Origin: Actinomycetota bacterium
Lineage (GTDB): Bacteria > Actinomycetota > CADDZG01 > WHSQ01
Reading direction: 5' to 3'
DNA: 64,000 nt
Assembly (NCBI GenBank): GCA_013694625.1
Contig: JACDCD010000124.1
Coordinates: 7,539 to 71,538, forward strand
The stretch's first letter is position 1. Each line of letters opens with the position of its first letter. The position numbers and the translations under genes are program-made. Positions 26,674 to 36,794 of this stretch are shown here, one piece after another. The notes below the pieces were generated by a model. It was not told the DNA's origin. It saw only the letters and a list, made by a program, of their open reading frames with translations, and did no database searches.

Positions 26674-28215
26674 ATGAGCGGCATCCTGTTCCGGGGGGGC
26701 CCAGTCAAGTCGTTGGGCGTCTCCGGCGACGCCGATTGGGTACTCGTCGTCGACGGGCTCGTCGAGGCCACCGGCCTTCGGCAAGACGAACCCGGATGTG
26801 ACCGCACGGTCGAGCTCGATGGGGCGACTCTGCTTCCTGCGTTCTGCGACGCGCATGTGCATCTTCCGGCCACCGGGCTGTATCAGAAGGGGATGGACTT
26901 CAGGGGTCAGCACCGCTCGGCGCGCATCCTCGAGGCGTTCAGAGAGCGGGCCAGCTCGGGCGACGGTTTGCTGTTCGGAGGCAACTTCGAAGATCCCCTG
27001 GATGAGCCCCTGACGCGCCATGATCTCGACGCCGCGGTGGGAGAGCGTCCAGCAGTTCTGGCGCGGGCCGACATGCACTCATGCATCGTGTCGTCGGCGC
27101 TGCTCGATCATCTGACCATTGCCGAGCTCGAGGGCGTTGATTGCGACGATGGCGGCCGGCCGACGGGGTACCTCCGGGAGCAAGCGGCTGCCGAGGCGTG
27201 GCGGTGGTTCGACACCAACCTGCCCGAATCGCAACAGCGCGACGCCATTACCGCAGCCGTGCAGCTCGCGTACTCGAAGGGCGTCACAAGCGTGCACGAG
27301 ATGTACGTAGCCGAGTGGCGTGGCTGGTCGTCGCTGTCGCTCCTGCGCGAGGTGATTGCCGAAGTCGCGCTGGATGTCCTGATCTACGTTGCCTCCGACG
27401 ACGTCGAGCGCGTCCGGGCATTGAACCTGGGGAGGATCGGCGGCGACCTCTTCCTCGACGGCTCCTTCGGATCCCACACGGCCTGGATGGCGGATGGATA
27501 CATTTCGGCCCCTCCCGCCGGCATCCCTCCCAACGGCGTCGCCTACCGCACCGACGAGGACCTGGCCGATTTCTTCAGGGAGGCCCAGAGAGCCGGTCTC
27601 CAAGCCGGAGTTCATGCAATCGGAGACGCCGCCATCGAGCAGGCGGTGACTGCATGGGAGAAAGTGGCGGCTGAGGTCGGTGCCGCCGCCGTCGCATCAC
27701 TGGGTCATCGCATCGAGCATTTCGAGTGTGCGGGCGATGACCTCATCGCCAGAGCGCGCCACCTCGGCCTCAGGATAAGCGTCCAGCCGGCCTTCGACGC
27801 ATTCTGGGGCGGGGCCGGCGGCCTCTACTCGTCCCGCATAGGCGAGCAACGCGCCCTGAACATGAATCGCTTTGGGACGATGCTCCGTGCCGGTCTGAGC
27901 CTCGGCGCCGGTTCCGACTCGACCGTGACCCCGCTCCATCCGTTCCTTCAGATGCAGGCGCTCTGCATGCACCACGTCGAGGCCGAACGGATCACCGCCG
28001 GTCAAGCCCTGAGAATGCATACGGTGGGCTCCCGCGCCCTTGGAGGGCAGGGGGACGTTGCAGGCACGATCGAGCCCGGTCGGTATGCGGATCTGATCGC
28101 GGTGGACCACGACCCGGAGGCATGCGAGGGGGAGGCCATCGGTTCGATCCAGGTGCTCGGAACCTGGATCAAGGGCAAGCGTGTTTGGCCCGAGGAAGAA
28201 GCAGAGACAAAATAG
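26674..28215 (+). CDS. Metal-dependent amidohydrolase (amidohydrolase-3/YtcJ-like)
   Basis: HxH metal motif in LLPAFCDAHVHL, with downstream His/Asp ligands (GVHAIGDAA, GSDSTV). Confidence 0.8.
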   Translation: MSGILFRGGPVKSLGVSGDADWVLVVDGLVEATGLRQDEPGCDRTVELDGATLLPAFCDAHVHLPATGLYQKGMDFRGQHRSARILEAFRERASSGDGLLFGGNFEDPLDEPLTRHDLDAAVGERPAVLARADMHSCIVSSALLDHLTIAELEGVDCDDGGRPTGYLREQAAAEAWRWFDTNLPESQQRDAITAAVQLAYSKGVTSVHEMYVAEWRGWSSLSLLREVIAEVALDVLIYVASDDVERVRALNLGRIGGDLFLDGSFGSHTAWMADGYISAPPAGIPPNGVAYRTDEDLADFFREAQRAGLQAGVHAIGDAAIEQAVTAWEKVAAEVGAAAVASLGHRIEHFECAGDDLIARARHLGLRISVQPAFDAFWGGAGGLYSSRIGEQRALNMNRFGTMLRAGLSLGAGSDSTVTPLHPFLQMQALCMHHVEAERITAGQALRMHTVGSRALGGQGDVAGTIEPGRYADLIAVDHDPEACEGEAIGSIQVLGTWIKGKRVWPEEEAETK

Positions 28216-28241
28216 GGGCTCCATGAGAAGAGGAGGCTGGC

Positions 28242-29810
28242 GTGGCTGAAGGCGGATTCAAGGTGACCTACGCGACCATTTCGTCGGACAACGAAGAGAT
28301 GGTCAAGAGATACCAAGAGGGGATCGAAAAGGCTAAGTCATGGCTGGGCAAGGACTATCCATTCTACGTGAACGGACAGGAGCGGAACGGTGGAGGGCGC
28401 GCCGAAGAGCGTTCCCCAATCGATAACGACATCATCATCGGACACTTCGCCCAGGCAACGATAGAAGACGCTCGGGACGCTGTGGCCGCCGCCAAGGAAG
28501 CCTATCCCCAATGGTCTCAGACACCCTGGCAAGACAGGGTCGAGATCCTCAGACACGCAGCGGACCTGATCTCCGAGCGTGTCTTCGAACTCGGCGCGCT
28601 GACCGCTCTCGAGGTCGGCAAGAACCAGCTCGAGGCATTGGGCGAGGTCGAGGAGGCCGCCGATCTCATTCGGTACTACTGCCACCAGATGGAAGAGCAC
28701 GACGGCTTCTCGGTGCCCATGGGCCAGCTCAGCGAGGAGGAGAAGACCCGCAGCGTGCTGCGTCCGTACGGAGTGTGGGCGGTGATCTCTCCCTTCAACT
28801 TTCCCATCGCCTTGTCGGCGGGACCCGTCGGCGGAGCGTTGGCGGCCGGTAACACCGTCGTCCTCAAGCCATCCGAACAGGGTTTTGGGATCGCCCTCAA
28901 GCTCTACGAGATCCTGCATGAGGCGGGCGTTCCCGCCGGTGTGGTGCACGTCCTCACCGGTCCGGGCGAGACGGTGGGCCAGGCGTTGCACCAGAATCCA
29001 GATGTCGCGGGCCTCACGTTCACCGGCTCTTATGAAGTCGGTATGAAGATCTACAGGAACATCACAAAGGACTGGCCCAAGCCGGTGATCGTGGAGATGG
29101 GCGGCAAGAACCCGGCAATCGTCAGCGCAAAGGCCGATTTGGACAAGGCGACCGACGGGGTTCTCCGATCCGCCTTCGGTTACAGCGGACAGAAGTGCTC
29201 GGCGTGCTCGCGTGTGCTCGTCCAACGTCCCGTCTACGACGATTTCGTTGCACAGTTGGTCGCCAAGACCAAAGAGACCAACGTAGGAAACCCACTGGAA
29301 GCGGGCGTCTACGTCGGTCCCGTCATTGATGCCGCCGCGGTCGAGCGATTCGAGTCTGCTTCTGCCCAGGCCGGGGAAGAGGGCCGTGTTATTGCAGGCG
29401 GCGCTCGTATTCAAAAAGACGAGTTGGCACGCGGAAACTTCGTAGAGCCCACCGTGGTCGAGGTGCCGATCGATTCCGGGGTATGGCGAGACGAGTTGTT
29501 CGTGCCTCTGGTAGCGGTTCACCCGGTCGACTCCCTCGAGCAAGCCTGGGAGCTCGCCAACGACACGCCTTACGGTCTGACGGCGGGCTTCTACTCTGAG
29601 GATCGGGCCGAGGTCGACCGGTTCCTGAACAACGTGGAAGCGGGCGTGGTGTACGTGAACCGGCGCGCCGGCGCGACCACCGGCGCGTGGCCGGGCATCC
29701 AGCCCTTCGGCGGCTGGAAAGGCTCCGGGAACAGCGGCAAGGCAGGCGGCGGGCTCTACTACGTCCAGCTCTACATGCGGGAGCAGAGCCAGACGATCGT
29801 GGAGGATTGA
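28242..29810 (+). CDS. Aldehyde dehydrogenase of the 1-pyrroline-5-carboxylate dehydrogenase (RocA/PutC) type
   Basis: 522 aa. VEMGGKNPAIV and catalytic Cys in FGYSGQKCSACSR. AGGAGG RBS before the GTG. Confidence 0.88.
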   Translation: MAEGGFKVTYATISSDNEEMVKRYQEGIEKAKSWLGKDYPFYVNGQERNGGGRAEERSPIDNDIIIGHFAQATIEDARDAVAAAKEAYPQWSQTPWQDRVEILRHAADLISERVFELGALTALEVGKNQLEALGEVEEAADLIRYYCHQMEEHDGFSVPMGQLSEEEKTRSVLRPYGVWAVISPFNFPIALSAGPVGGALAAGNTVVLKPSEQGFGIALKLYEILHEAGVPAGVVHVLTGPGETVGQALHQNPDVAGLTFTGSYEVGMKIYRNITKDWPKPVIVEMGGKNPAIVSAKADLDKATDGVLRSAFGYSGQKCSACSRVLVQRPVYDDFVAQLVAKTKETNVGNPLEAGVYVGPVIDAAAVERFESASAQAGEEGRVIAGGARIQKDELARGNFVEPTVVEVPIDSGVWRDELFVPLVAVHPVDSLEQAWELANDTPYGLTAGFYSEDRAEVDRFLNNVEAGVVYVNRRAGATTGAWPGIQPFGGWKGSGNSGKAGGGLYYVQLYMREQSQTIVED

Positions 29811-29816
29811 GCGATT

Positions 29817-31208
29817 ATGGGTGATCCGAACGGGAGCGATTACGAGCGCTTGGCGGGACATACCGAACCGCTGATCTCAACTGGCCTCCCCGGCCCCAGG
29901 GGCAGCGCGATCATCGAGGCCGATGCGAAGGTAACCAGCCCGTCGCTTCCGCGCGCATACTCGTTCGTCCCGGACAGGGGCGCAGGTGCTGTGATCAAGG
30001 ACGTGGACGACAACGTCTTCTTGGATTTCAATGCTGGCATCGCGGTGTGCTCAACCGGACACGCCCACCCAGCGGTTGTTGCCGCCATCAAGGAGCAGGC
30101 AGACAAGCTTCTTCACTATTCGGCATCTGACTTCTACTTGCCGATCTACGCAGAAATGTGTGCCCGTCTCGCGGCCATAGCGCCGATGGACGGCCCGGCG
30201 AGGGCGTTCCTGACCAATTCGGGCACCGAGGCGGTCGAAGCTGCCATAAAGCTCGCCCGGCACCACACCGGACGTCAATACATCCTGTCGTTCTTCGGGT
30301 CGTTCCACGGACGTTCCTACGGCAGCATCTCATTGACCGCGTCGAAGGCGAACTACAGGGCGGATTTCGGCCCGCTGCTCCCGGGTGTGCTGCACGCCCC
30401 GTATGCCGGCCGGTTCGACTCGTTCCTCGGCCTTGGCCGTCTCGGTGGCGAGGTGGCCGAACCGGATCTCGATTACATCAACGACGTCATCTTCAAGCGC
30501 CTGGCAAAGCCACACGAAGTCGCTGCGGTCGTCGTCGAGCCTGTTCTCGGCGAGGGCGGTTATGTCGTCCCGCCGCGCTCCTGGCTGCTTCAACTTCGCA
30601 ACCTGTGTGATGCCCACGGCATTCTCTTTGTGGCCGACGAAGTGCAGAGCGGCATAGGACGCACGGGAAGCATGTGGGCGATGGAGCATTTCGATCTCGA
30701 GCCCGACATCATCCTCGCCGGCAAAGGAATTGCCAGCGGAATGCCGTTGGGAGCCATGGTCGCTCGCGCCGACTTGATGACCTGGCCCCTCGGGACCCAC
30801 GGTTCGACCTACGGGGGCAACCCGGTGTCGTGCGCAGCGGGGCTCGCGACCCTCGACCTCGTGGCCGGGGGGCTCATTACGAACGCCGGGGTGGTGGGCG
30901 AGTTCCTGATGGACGGTCTGAAGGACCTTGCGCAGCATGAGCCTGCCATTCAAGAGGTGCGCGGACTGGGCCTCATGATCGGTATCGAGCTCCCCTCGCC
31001 GCAGGTCGCCGACGCGATCGAGATCGCCGCCTTCAAGCGGGGGCTTCTGGTCCTCCGAGCCGGTGACTCGACGATTCGCATGGCGCCACCTTTGATAATC
31101 AACAGAGGGCAGGCGGCGTCCGGCCTTAGGCTCTTCGAGGATGCGTGCGCCGAAGGAGTTGCTGTTTCGGCCGGCTTGCTCTCCGAACAGAGCATGATCC
31201 GCGCATGA
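29817..31208 (+). CDS. Class-III (GabT/omega) PLP aminotransferase
   Basis: 463 aa. GHAHPAVV, DEVQSGIGRTG and PLP-Lys in LAGKGIASG. Confidence 0.88.
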   Translation: MGDPNGSDYERLAGHTEPLISTGLPGPRGSAIIEADAKVTSPSLPRAYSFVPDRGAGAVIKDVDDNVFLDFNAGIAVCSTGHAHPAVVAAIKEQADKLLHYSASDFYLPIYAEMCARLAAIAPMDGPARAFLTNSGTEAVEAAIKLARHHTGRQYILSFFGSFHGRSYGSISLTASKANYRADFGPLLPGVLHAPYAGRFDSFLGLGRLGGEVAEPDLDYINDVIFKRLAKPHEVAAVVVEPVLGEGGYVVPPRSWLLQLRNLCDAHGILFVADEVQSGIGRTGSMWAMEHFDLEPDIILAGKGIASGMPLGAMVARADLMTWPLGTHGSTYGGNPVSCAAGLATLDLVAGGLITNAGVVGEFLMDGLKDLAQHEPAIQEVRGLGLMIGIELPSPQVADAIEIAAFKRGLLVLRAGDSTIRMAPPLIINRGQAASGLRLFEDACAEGVAVSAGLLSEQSMIRA

Positions 31209-32146
31209 GCGTTGGCGGCGGCGCCGGCGGCAAGGTCACCACGATGCACGACGCCGTTGCCGACCTCGTAAAGGACGGTGACACGGTCGCGATCGAGGGC
31301 TTCACCCATCTCATCTGCTTTGCCGCGGGACACGAGATCATTCGGCAGGGGAAACGCGATCTGACGTTGTGCCGCATGACCCCGGATGTCATCTACGATC
31401 AGATGATCGCAGCAGGAGTCGCCTCCAAGCTGGTGTTCTCATGGCTGGGCAACCCGGGGGTGGGCTCGCTGCACGCCATTCGCCGGCGAGTCGAGCGCTC
31501 GGATCCCGCCCCGCTCGAGCTCGAGGAGTACAGTCACTTCGGCATGGTCTCGCGCTACACGGCGGGAGCTTCGGGATTGCCGTTCATGCCGTTGCGCAGC
31601 TATCATTCCAGCGACCTGCCCAAGGTGAATCCTCGCATTGTCGAGCTCGAGTCGCCCTATGGAGACGGCACCGTCTACGCGGTGCCCCCTTTGAATCCGG
31701 ACCTTTCCATAGTGCACGTCCAAAGAGCCGACAAGGACGGCAACTGCCATGTATGGGGCTTTCTCGGCTGTCAGAAAGAGGCTGCATTTGCGGCCCGTAA
31801 GGTCATTGTCGTGTGTGAAGAGCTGGTGAACGGACGGGTGATTCGCAGCGACCCCAACCGGACGATCATCCCCGGGCTCGTGGTGGATGCAGTGGTGGCC
31901 GAGCCCAGGGCATGCCATCCTTCCTTTGCCCAGGGCTACTACGACCGGGACAATCGCTTTTATGTCGCGTGGGATCCGATAAGCCGGGATCCTGCCAAGC
32001 TCGACGCCTGGCTCGAGGAATGGGTATACGGATTGGCCACCCACAACGATTACCTAGCCAAGATGGGCACCGAAGCGTGGGACCGGCTGACGCCCGAGCA
32101 ATGCCTTTCGGAACCGGTCGACTACGGCGCCTACTCTCCGGGATGA
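31205..32146 (+). CDS. Family-I CoA-transferase subunit A (glutaconate-CoA-transferase GctA-like)
   Basis: ATG 31205 overlaps the upstream stop (ATGA). KVTTMHDAVADLVKDGDTVAIEGF is a typical subunit-A N-terminus. Confidence 0.78.
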   Translation: MSVGGGAGGKVTTMHDAVADLVKDGDTVAIEGFTHLICFAAGHEIIRQGKRDLTLCRMTPDVIYDQMIAAGVASKLVFSWLGNPGVGSLHAIRRRVERSDPAPLELEEYSHFGMVSRYTAGASGLPFMPLRSYHSSDLPKVNPRIVELESPYGDGTVYAVPPLNPDLSIVHVQRADKDGNCHVWGFLGCQKEAAFAARKVIVVCEELVNGRVIRSDPNRTIIPGLVVDAVVAEPRACHPSFAQGYYDRDNRFYVAWDPISRDPAKLDAWLEEWVYGLATHNDYLAKMGTEAWDRLTPEQCLSEPVDYGAYSPG

Positions 32147-32907
32147 GTGCGAACCCGGCGGAATACTCCGTAAACGAGATGATGATTGCAGCGTCGGCGC
32201 GCCAGCTCGAAGGCGAAAGGGTCTGCTTTGTCGGCATTGGCCCTCCGAATATCGCATGCAACCTCGCTCGCCGAACCGTCACACCCGCTCTCGAATTGGT
32301 TTACGAAGCCGGGGTCTATGGCGCCGATCCCCAAAGGCTGCCGCTTTCCATTGGTGACCCCACCTTGGTGACGGGGGCGGTATCGGTCACCTCGATGTTC
32401 GAGATCTTTTCCTTTTACCTGCAGCGGGGGTTGATCGACGTCGCTTTCCTGGGAGCGTCCCAAATCGACCGCTTCGGCAATATCAACACGACCGTCGTCG
32501 GCGGTTACGACAAGCCGAAGGTTCGGCTCCCCGGGTCGGGAGGGGCGTGCGAAATCTCGATAAACGCAAACCGCGTGTTCGTAATCATGCCCCAGACGCG
32601 CCGGTCGTTCGTGGAGGAGGTCGACTTCGTCACGAGTCCGGGCCATCTCGCAGGCAAGCGGCCGGCGGAGTGGCTGGGGGGAGGCCCCTACGTGGTGGTC
32701 ACAGGGCTCGGCGTCTATCGATTCGGAGATGACGGCGTCATGTATCTGTCCCGCATGCATCCCGGGGTTACCGTCGAGCAGGTGCAGGCCAATACGGGTT
32801 GGGACATGCGCGTCTCTCCCGATCTCGTGGCAACAGACCCACCAAGCGAGCTCGAGCTGAATCTGATGCGCAACGAGCTCGACCCCGAAGGCGTCTACAC
32901 CCGGTAG
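32143..32907 (+). CDS. Family-I CoA-transferase subunit B (GctB-like)
   Basis: ATGA overlap with subunit A. NEMMIAASARQL..., a candidate catalytic Glu in LVYEAGV, and QIDRFGNIN. Confidence 0.78.
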   Translation: MSANPAEYSVNEMMIAASARQLEGERVCFVGIGPPNIACNLARRTVTPALELVYEAGVYGADPQRLPLSIGDPTLVTGAVSVTSMFEIFSFYLQRGLIDVAFLGASQIDRFGNINTTVVGGYDKPKVRLPGSGGACEISINANRVFVIMPQTRRSFVEEVDFVTSPGHLAGKRPAEWLGGGPYVVVTGLGVYRFGDDGVMYLSRMHPGVTVEQVQANTGWDMRVSPDLVATDPPSELELNLMRNELDPEGVYTR

Positions 32908-32909
32908 CA

Positions 32910-34253
32910 ATGGCCCGAGCGAGCAACGTTTTTCCCCGCGTCACGGATCGCGTTCTGCCGTTTGCCGCGCGGGCATCCGGCGCGTCGATCTGGGACTCCT
33001 CCGGCCGGCGTTATCTCGATGGCTCCGGCGGCGCAATAGTCGTAAATGTCGGCCATGGAGACAGGCAGGTCGTAGAGGCAATGTCCCGGCAGGCAGGCAG
33101 CATTGCCTACTCTCATGGCACCCAGTTCACAACCGAGAGCCTCGAGCGTTACGCAAGCAGAGTCGCGCCGCTGCTGCCACTCGAAGAGGCGCGCCTCTAC
33201 CCGGTCTCTGGCGGAAGCGAGGCGGTCGAGACCGCGCTCAAGATCGCGCGCACCTACCACGTCGCAACGGGCCGGTCCTCGAAGCACAAGGTGATTGCGC
33301 GCCTTGGCTCCTATCACGGCAACACCCGGGGAGCCCTCGACGCATCGGGGCGCGCCTCACTGCGTCGCCCCTATTCGGCGTGGCTCGGGCCCGCGGTTCA
33401 CGTCCCCGCGGTCTACGAGTACCGCTGCCCCTGGGACGAGCATGACTCGGGTTGTGGGGCGCGGCATGCGGAGTTGCTCGACAAGGTCATCCGGGAGCAG
33501 GGCCCGGACACCGTGGCTTGTTTCATCGCCGAGCCGGTGGTCGGCGCAGCTCTCGGTGCCGTTGCGCCCCCATCCGATCTCTGGCCGGCGGTGCAGGAGG
33601 TGTGCCGGGCCCACGGGGTGCTCCTGATTGCGGACGAGGTGATGACGGGATTCGGCCGGACCGGCCGATGGTTCGGCTCGGATCACTGGGGGCTGCGACC
33701 CGACATTCTGACGGCAGGAAAGGGTGTGACATCGGGTTACTGGCCGTTCGGGTTTGCGGCGACAGCGGGCGCAGTTTTCGACGCCATCGCCCCCACTGGA
33801 TTCGTGCACGGTTTCACCTACTCGCACTCGGCGGTCGGCGCCGCGGTCGCGGATGCGGTGCTCACGCGCCTGCAGGCCGAGGACCTCGTGGAAGCGAGCA
33901 GACGCAAAGGCGAGAGCCTGCTAGCGCAGCTTCGCGCCGCTCTGGGGGATTACCCATGCGTTGGCGACATCCGCGGCCTGGGACTGATGGTCGGTGTCGA
34001 GCTGGTGGCCGACCGGAGCTCGAAACGGCCCTTCCGGCGGGCCGAGCGGATCACCGAGCAGGTGGTAGGGGCCGCCAAGGCAGAAGGGCTCTTGGTTTAC
34101 CCCTCCACGGGGGGAGCGGCTTCCGGCGACGGTGATGTGATCATGATGGGCCCGCCGTTCGTGATCACCGACGACGAGATTGCCGAGCTCGTCGCGTTGC
34201 TTGGGCGTGCGTTGGGAGCGGTGCCCGGGCTGCGAGGGCCGGGTTCGGAGTAA
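32910..34253 (+). CDS. Second class-III PLP aminotransferase (BioA/omega- or beta-transaminase-like)
   Basis: ATG 32910 lies 2 nt after the subunit B stop. VNVGHGDRQVVEAM and ADEVMTGFGRTGRWF. Confidence 0.85.
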   Translation: MARASNVFPRVTDRVLPFAARASGASIWDSSGRRYLDGSGGAIVVNVGHGDRQVVEAMSRQAGSIAYSHGTQFTTESLERYASRVAPLLPLEEARLYPVSGGSEAVETALKIARTYHVATGRSSKHKVIARLGSYHGNTRGALDASGRASLRRPYSAWLGPAVHVPAVYEYRCPWDEHDSGCGARHAELLDKVIREQGPDTVACFIAEPVVGAALGAVAPPSDLWPAVQEVCRAHGVLLIADEVMTGFGRTGRWFGSDHWGLRPDILTAGKGVTSGYWPFGFAATAGAVFDAIAPTGFVHGFTYSHSAVGAAVADAVLTRLQAEDLVEASRRKGESLLAQLRAALGDYPCVGDIRGLGLMVGVELVADRSSKRPFRRAERITEQVVGAAKAEGLLVYPSTGGAASGDGDVIMMGPPFVITDDEIAELVALLGRALGAVPGLRGPGSE

Positions 34254-34314
34254 CCTGGGTGGAGCAGCAAAGGTCCGGACGACTCATCGCATAATCGCAT
34301 AGAGGAGTGATTAG

Positions 34315-35034
34315 ATGACGAAAAGAGTGGACGGCATCCGGGCGGTCACATACGACTGCTGGGGCACTCTCCTCAAGGACCGGGATTTCGATGCGGCAAT
34401 GGCGACGCGCGCCAAGGCTCTGAGGAGTGTGCTGGACCTGACCGAAGGACAGGCTCACGCCCTTGTCCGCGAGGCGTGGGTCAAGCATGACGACGCCTGG
34501 AAACAGGTCGAGACCTTCGGGCCCGGACGGATGGCGGCCTACTGCCTCGAAGCCAGGGGAGTGTCCGACGACGACTCCATATCGTCCCTGACCAGGGAGT
34601 TCGAGGAAGCAAGCATGGCGAGCGGCGTCGAGCCCGTCCAGGGGGCGCTCGACACCCTCCAGGCACTGGACAAGGCGGGCATCCGGCGCGGGCTCGTATG
34701 CGACACGGGATTCACACCCGGACGTGTGGTGCGGGACCTGCTTGCCGACGCCGGCCTGCTCGACTTCCTCGAGGTCCTCTGCTTCTCCGACGAGGTGGGG
34801 GTTCCAAAACCGGGCAACGACATCTTCGCCAAAGCGCTCGCAGGGTTGGGTGTGCGGCCTCCCGAGGCGGTGCACGTCGGCGATCTCCGGCGCACCGATG
34901 TCGCCGGCGCCCGGGACATGGGGATGCACGCAGCCCGCTTCAGAGGCGTCCACGACGACCTCTCCGGTGCCTCCGAGGCGGCCATAGTGATCGACCGCCA
35001 CGAGCAGATACTCGAGGTCCTGACCCTCGCCTGA
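34315..35034 (+). CDS. HAD-superfamily hydrolase
   Basis: Motif I variant YDCWGTLL, motif II LVCDTG, and motif III/IV KP...VHVGDLRRTDVAGA. GAGGAG RBS. Confidence 0.75.
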   Translation: MTKRVDGIRAVTYDCWGTLLKDRDFDAAMATRAKALRSVLDLTEGQAHALVREAWVKHDDAWKQVETFGPGRMAAYCLEARGVSDDDSISSLTREFEEASMASGVEPVQGALDTLQALDKAGIRRGLVCDTGFTPGRVVRDLLADAGLLDFLEVLCFSDEVGVPKPGNDIFAKALAGLGVRPPEAVHVGDLRRTDVAGARDMGMHAARFRGVHDDLSGASEAAIVIDRHEQILEVLTLA

Positions 35035-35064
35035 GCCGTCTGACTCCGAGCTGCCTCTACCGGC

Positions 35065-36501
35065 TCAGTATGCCCTCGCCCAGGTCGCACGCTCCGTCCC
35101 GGCCCGTCCGCACACCAGACACGGCGCGCCGGGATCCTCGGGCACCAGGGGTAGCACCCGTATGGTCGCCTTGGTGTCGGCCGTGACCCGCTCTTCGCAG
35201 GTCGCCTCGCCACACCACGGTCCGACCCACAGGCCTGCCTGCTCGGCGACGCCGTCGCGCAGCTCGGCGTAGGTGGACGCCGTGTGGGTGTTGGCCTCCC
35301 GGAAATCCAGCGCGCTCCGGTGCAACCCAGCCTGCACCTCATCGAGCGCCGCAGGCAACGACGTGGCAGCCTGAGCGGTCGACCTTTGCCGCTTGTCTCC
35401 GGTCAACCGGTCCACGGTCACAACCTGGTCCGCCGCCACGTCCTTGGGGCCGATCTCGATGCGGATGGGGACGCCCTTGAGCTCCCACTCGCTGAACTTG
35501 TAACCCGGCCGGTACTGGTCGCGATCATCGACCCTCACCCGTATCCCGTCACCCGCCAGTGAGTCCCGGAGCTTGTGGGCGACGGCCATCACCTCGCTTT
35601 TCTGGTCGTCGGATCGGTAGATCGGCACGACCACGACTTGGATGGGGGCGACCTTGGGGGGCAGACGCAGCCCGCGTTCATCTCCATGCGTCATGACAAT
35701 CCCGCCCACCAATCGCCACGACGCTCCCCAGGACGTTCCCCAGACGTGCTCGAGCTCGCCCGATTGATTCAGGAAGGTGACGTCGTAGGCCTTGGCGAAA
35801 TTCTGGCCGAGGAAATGGGAGGTGCCGCATTGGAGCGCTTTGCCGTCCCGCATGAGCCCCTCGATCGTGAAGGTCGTGACGGCGCCGGCGAACTTCTCCG
35901 CCTCCGATTTACGCCCCGGAACCACCGGGATGGCGAGAACGTCCTCGGCGACTTCCCTGTACACCTCGAGCATGCGCAGTGCTTCTTCATACGCCTCGTC
36001 GGAACCCGCGTGTGCGGTGTGCCCCTCCTGCCAGAGAAACTCGCTGGTGCGCAGAAAGAGGCGGGTGCGCAGCTCCCATCGGACCACATTGCCCCACTGG
36101 TTGTAGAGGAGCGGAAGGTCGCGGTAGCTCTGGATCCAGTTGGCGTAGGTGGACCAGATGATCGCCTCAGAGGTCGGGCGCACGACGAGCGGCTCCTCGA
36201 GCTTTGCCCCGCCGCCATGTGTGATGACCGCCAGCTCGGGCGCGAAACCCTCGACATGCTCTGCCTCCCTGGCGAGCAGGCTCTCCGGAAAGTACAGCGG
36301 GAAGTAGACGTTCTCATGCCCGGTCAACTTGAACCGGTCATCGAGCGCGCGCTGGACGAACTCCCAGATCCCGTAGCCATGTGGCTTGGCCACCATCGTG
36401 CCCCTGGCCAGGGAATGCTCGGCCATGCCCGACTGCTTCACGACTTCCCCGTACCACGCGGGAAAGTCGGTTATGGGGTTCGGAAGCCTGCCTTTGTCCA
36501 T
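35065..36501 (-). CDS. proS: Prolyl-tRNA synthetase, archaeal/Thermus-type (no editing insertion)
   Basis: Collinear with Thermus ProRS from MDKGR (ATG 36501) to C-terminal ...WARAY. Class-II motifs are present. The track start at 36624 is an upstream extension. Confidence 0.9.
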   Translation of the reverse strand: MDKGRLPNPITDFPAWYGEVVKQSGMAEHSLARGTMVAKPHGYGIWEFVQRALDDRFKLTGHENVYFPLYFPESLLAREAEHVEGFAPELAVITHGGGAKLEEPLVVRPTSEAIIWSTYANWIQSYRDLPLLYNQWGNVVRWELRTRLFLRTSEFLWQEGHTAHAGSDEAYEEALRMLEVYREVAEDVLAIPVVPGRKSEAEKFAGAVTTFTIEGLMRDGKALQCGTSHFLGQNFAKAYDVTFLNQSGELEHVWGTSWGASWRLVGGIVMTHGDERGLRLPPKVAPIQVVVVPIYRSDDQKSEVMAVAHKLRDSLAGDGIRVRVDDRDQYRPGYKFSEWELKGVPIRIEIGPKDVAADQVVTVDRLTGDKRQRSTAQAATSLPAALDEVQAGLHRSALDFREANTHTASTYAELRDGVAEQAGLWVGPWCGEATCEERVTADTKATIRVLPLVPEDPGAPCLVCGRAGTERATWARAY

Positions 36502-36617
36502 AGTCTCTGAGGGTAATTCGTTTGCAAGCTGTGCATGACATGGGGACAACAGAGAATCTTTCGCGTCCTGCTCCACGGCCATTGACACCCCTCGACCGGC
36601 TCTTCTATCTTCGTTGA

Positions 36618-36785
36618 GTCCCAAGCAGTTGCGACCGGCTCATCGGCGCCGCTGGGGACGAGGTGGCCAGGACGGGGCGGAACGCTCAGCGTTGACGACC
36701 CGCCGGCAACGGGGGAGTCCGGGTTCTCCGGTCCCACGGGCCTCGTCGCCGAAGTGGTGCAGTACCCGGCGGGATTGCTTGGGAC
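36618..36785. other. Long-range base-paired domain in the proS/DUF4193 intergenic gap
   Basis: GTCCCAAGCA (36618-36627) is perfectly complementary to TGCTTGGGAC (36776-36785). A nested helix pairs GGGGACGAGG (36654-36663) with CCTCGTCGCC (36741-36750), 9 of 10. Strand of any RNA is unknown. Confidence 0.3.
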
Positions 36786-36794
36786 ATAGAAAAG

